Below, one piece after another: positions 60,016-64,000 of a stretch of 64,000 nt of DNA (its first letter is position 1; every line of letters starts with the position of its first letter). Below the pieces are notes generated by a model. It was not told where the DNA came from. It did no database searches and saw only the letters and a list, made by a program, of their open reading frames with translations. The translations under genes were made by a program, and so were the position numbers. Source of the DNA: Schizosaccharomyces osmophilus (taxonomy: Eukaryota); assembly GCF_027921745.1 (NCBI RefSeq), contig NC_079238.1, forward strand, positions 3,286,001 to 3,350,000, read 5' to 3'.

Positions 60016-60631
60016 ATGGAACATCACAAGAAACCAGTGGCTTCACAGCAACCTACAAGAGGCCGGCAACCAAACGTTGTGGGAGCTCGATCAGGAAGTA
60101 TAGGAGTTGAAAAAGATATCAACAAAGTGAAAATCGTTCCTGCAAATGCTTCCTTTGGAAGGCGTGGACATGGAGCTGGTTGGTATTGTGAAGCATGCAA
60201 TGAGACATATAAAGACTCGCTTAGCTGGATTGAGCATTTGAATAGTACACAGCGTATGTGGGAACTTGTATTTGTATTTTGTATTTATCTATGCATATAA
60301 AATAATACACAAACCGATGCTAACGTCTGAGTGACTAGATTTACGAAAAACTCGAACTGTTGTAACTGATAGACGAGCGACTTTAGAAGAAGTGAAAGAG
60401 AGAATGGAATATTGGCGTCAGCAATTGCTTCAACCACAGATTGGATCGAAGGAATATAGTTTGCGAGAGCGTACAGATTCCTACAGAGAACAATTACAAA
60501 AACAAAAACTAGAGAAGCAAGCAAGGAAACGAGACCAGGCAAATAAAAAACTGGAAGAACCGTCAGAAACAGAGAGCTCTGAATTGGTTCAAATGATGGG
60601 ACTTCGTGGATTTGGATCTACAAATTTCTAA
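60016..60631 (+). CDS. snu23: Tri-snRNP zinc-finger protein Snu23; intron 60254-60338
   Basis: GAGWYCEACNETYKDSLSWIEHLNSTQH (matrin-type zinc finger), ATLEEVKER, MMGLRGFGST. Confidence 0.9.
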
Positions 60632-61060
60632 TCGATTCTGTATAGTATTGTAAAAATGGACTCATTCTAAATCTTACAATATCGCAGCCTGTCTTCTTAT
60701 ATTATACGACTGATTTCTTTTTCCTCTCACGCCGAATTGAAGTCTAAGGATTTCGGGAAAGAAGAGTGTGCACGTCCAACTGACATCGTTCCAGTTCGTT
60801 ATCGGTAAATACGTTGCTGGCTTATAGAGTGCTACTCCTCGTGATTGTAAATACTGCTGCAGATGGATTTTATCTAAATCAATTTATCACGTAATCAATT
60901 GCTTTTGACCTTCGCACTCTACCACTTTTGGATTTTTGACTTTATTGATTTTTGAATCTCAAGAAGAACAAAAGGCTTTCTTTGTATTAAATTGTATTCA
61001 TTAGATTCAGAACGTCCGGAAAGGATTTTGCTTTAATTAGTTTGCACGTCCACCGAAATC

Positions 61061-63176
61061 ATGGGTCTCTTGGTACTTGGAACACCGTTAGATTGGCCTG
61101 AATCAGAAAAATTTCATGATTACGTTCGCGAAAATGGAATCAAAGTATGTAAACTATTCATGGATTGAAGGCTCAGTTAGATTTCGAAGCGAACGACTTT
61201 ATCTTCAGCATGCCATTGTGTTTTGTAATAACTGAAAACTAACATAGTAGCAATTCTTGCATATGTATGATAATTTCATCTCAAAAAAGCAAGATATACT
61301 GTTGTGGGGAGACGAAATTGAGTACATAGTTGTTTCGATGAATGACAATCAGAAAACAGCACGCGTTAGTCTTCGACAAGAACAAATTCTGAAAGCTCTT
61401 GGTGACTACGAAGAACGCTTCAAGCATATCGACTTTTCACCCATTTATGCTGTTTTAAAGAACACAAGATGTTCCAAGCGGGCGGATGCAATTTTAAGCG
61501 AAGCGGCTGCTAATCCCTCAACATTTACAGAGCGTTTGGTCAAGGAAAACCCTTCTCTTGCATCTAATAATGAAGCTATCCCTTTTAGAGCCCAATTCGT
61601 TGTCCCTACATTTCATCCGGAATATGGAAGATATATGCTTGAAAGCACTCCGGGCGCTCCTTACGGATCTGTTTTGAAGGATTTTTTGTTTGTAGAATGC
61701 AATATGCTCTTAAGAAGGAAAATTATTGAGAATCAATTACTTCCTCATGAGCATCCCCTTACAATTACGAATTTTTTACGTTTGGGCACAAACCATTTTA
61801 CAGATCCCGAAACGAAAGCCGATGGCCAAACTTCAAGGTCTTTCTTCTTACCAGACGATATCATCAATACGCATGTACGATTTCCCACTTTGACCGCAAA
61901 CATTCGTCAACGACGTCAAAGGAAGGTTGCTATGAATGTTCCAATTTTCTTTGATAAGAATACACCCAAACCTTTTCGGGACCCCACAGTACCCTGGGAC
62001 AGAGATTTATATCCAGAAGACAAAAATGCAAAAGAAGGTGCCGCGTTGGAAGACCACATTTACATGGACAGCATGGGTTTCGGTATGGGTTGCTGTTGCT
62101 TACAACTTACATTCCAAGCAAAAGATTGTGATGAAGCTCGTTTATTGTATGATCAGCTTACCCCGATAACACCCTTAATGCTTGGTATATCTGCCGGTAC
62201 GCCAGCTTTTCGAGGCTATTTGGCCGAACAGGATTGTCGATGGAGTGTTATTGCCGGTGCAGTCGACGATCGTACAAAGTCCGAAATGGAATCCGTTCCA
62301 AAATCTAGGTATGACTCTGTTGATATGTATATCTCAAACGATCCTCGTAATCTCCCAGAATACAATGACGTTCCTGTAGTCTCAAACGAGGGTTGCTATG
62401 AACAGTTAATAAAAGGAGGAATTGACGAAAAGTTGTCAAAGCATATGGCTCATATATTTGCACGCGATCCTTTGGTTATTTTCAGTGACAACATTCAGCA
62501 AGACAACAGTACTTCTAATGGCCATTTTGAAAATTTGAACTCTACCAACTGGCAATCCATGCGTTTTAAGCCCCCTCCACTCAACAGCTCAATTGGTTGG
62601 CGTGTTGAATTCCGATCAATGGAAATCCAATTTACAGAATTTGAAAATGCTGCTTATTCTGTGTTTGTTGTCATGCTTTCCAGAGCTATTCTCTCTTTTG
62701 ATCTGAATTTTTATATGCCTATTTCCTTGGTTGATGAAAATATGGTGAATGCCCAGGCTCGCGATGCAATTCATCGGAAGAAGTTTTGGTTCAGGTGCAA
62801 TCCATTTTCTAACGCTGAAAATCCTCTGGAACGTGGTCAATGTCGGCAATTAACTTTAGACCAAATATTTAATGGAGAACAAACTGAAAATGGATTCCCC
62901 GGGTTGGTACAAATAGTTCGCAGTTATCTGTATACCTGTAATCCCGATGCTGAAACGTTGTGTTCATTAGATCGTTATCTTCGTTTGGTTTCAAAACGTG
63001 CAAGTGGAAAATGTTTAACTGAGGCATCTTGGATTCGCAATTTCATAACGACCCATCCTCTTTACAAGCAAGACAGTGTGGTTTCGCCTGAGATTAATTA
63101 TGACTTGATAAAGCGGATAACAAGCATCATCAATGGTGAAAGGAATGAAAGTCTCTTTAATGATTGTCGCTGCTAA
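61061..63176 (+). CDS. gcs1: Glutamate-cysteine ligase catalytic subunit; intron 61145-61250
   Basis: MGLLVLGTPLDW, LLWGDEIEY, FHPEYGRYMLESTPG, YMDSMGFGMGCCCLQLTFQ, NWQSMRFKPP, GWRVEFR. Confidence 0.96.
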
Positions 63177-63518
63177 AAATTGTGTATCACTCATTAATAA
63201 ATATTCATGGTCCGTTAATCATGCTTGAAGACTACGAAATTCTTAGCATAAAAACTAATATATTTTTTAGACGAGGTTAATCTTATGGTTTATGAAAACT
63301 GTTTATCCAAGTAAAAATCAATTCATTTAAATCTTTTTAGCACTAATGATTATTAAAAGTAATCATTCAAATATAAGAAACGTATCAAACACTGTATACC
63401 AGCTTAAGCTTCCGACTGTAGATGTGCCCCACCCTTCCTTTCGATAATTAGTGTATGGCACTTTCACACAAATACCTTACAAACGCGTCTTCCTAGTTTA
63501 TACGTGTTTAGGTTCTTA

Positions 63519-64000
63519 ATGGCGCCACGATCAACGGCAGTACACGTTGCCGTTTACTCCGGAGTCGAGGTTTATGAATGTTTCATTAAAGGAGTCTCAG
63601 TTATGCGCAGGCGGCGGGACTCATGGTTGAATGCAACACAAATACTTAAAGTAGCCGATTTTGATAAACCACAGAGGACACGCGTGTTGGAAAAAGAAGT
63701 TCAAATTGGAACACACGAAAAAGTACAAGGCGGATATGGAAAATATCAAGGTAAGTAGCAAAGTTGTCGCGTCTTATTTCGCGTATGAAGGAAACCAAAT
63801 TACCGGCGAGTTTAGATATTCTGTTGCAAGACATGTACTACTATCGTTGATTAAAGATAAAAACGCGTTAATTGTTTTCATTGGACTGTTGTAAGCTAAC
63901 TTACAGGCACTTGGGTACCTTATGAACGCGGTATGGATCTGGCAACTCATTATAATGTTCTTGAAATATTGGGCCCAGTCTTGAATTTTGAAATCACAGA
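63519..64000 (+). CDS. res2: MBF transcription factor subunit Res2 (APSES domain), truncated by window end; intron 63751-63906
   Basis: [46 protein letters not shown]...[21 protein letters not shown]. Confidence 0.93.

Overview
Gene-dense eukaryotic DNA from a fission yeast (Schizosaccharomyces, diverged from S. pombe; probably the octosporus/cryophilus/osmophilus group, species not determinable here). It holds about 26 protein-coding genes, many with short GT-AG introns and CTAAC branch sites, plus one tRNA-Gln(UUG). Order: SulP sulfate transporter (truncated), spo14, mcs2, tra1, ubc7, yar1, nop8, apm1, fmo1, tRNA-Gln, php4, CUE-domain gene, coa1-like, pac3, pab2, pub3, rix7, erp5, two fast-evolving meiotic-type genes (mcp4/mug100-like by position), byr1, tho2, tsc1, rgs1, snu23, gcs1, res2 (truncated). 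Gene names come from recognised motifs and recalled S. pombe gene order; no search was run. I found no intact transposon, CRISPR array or clearly new protein system. The best leads are non-coding. (1) The three longest introns, all first introns of ubiquitin-proteasome genes (ubc7, pac3, pub3), each contain complementary stems and a cryptic mini-exon or splice site. (2) MCB-like sites cluster in and around the res2 intron. (3) Php4 has a second Cys-x5-Cys motif. (4) The pab2 3' UTR carries an A-tract. (5) fmo1 has an overlapping Pap1/FLEX site. (6) Two synteny breakpoints relative to S. pombe fall in the window. All structure calls are by eye.
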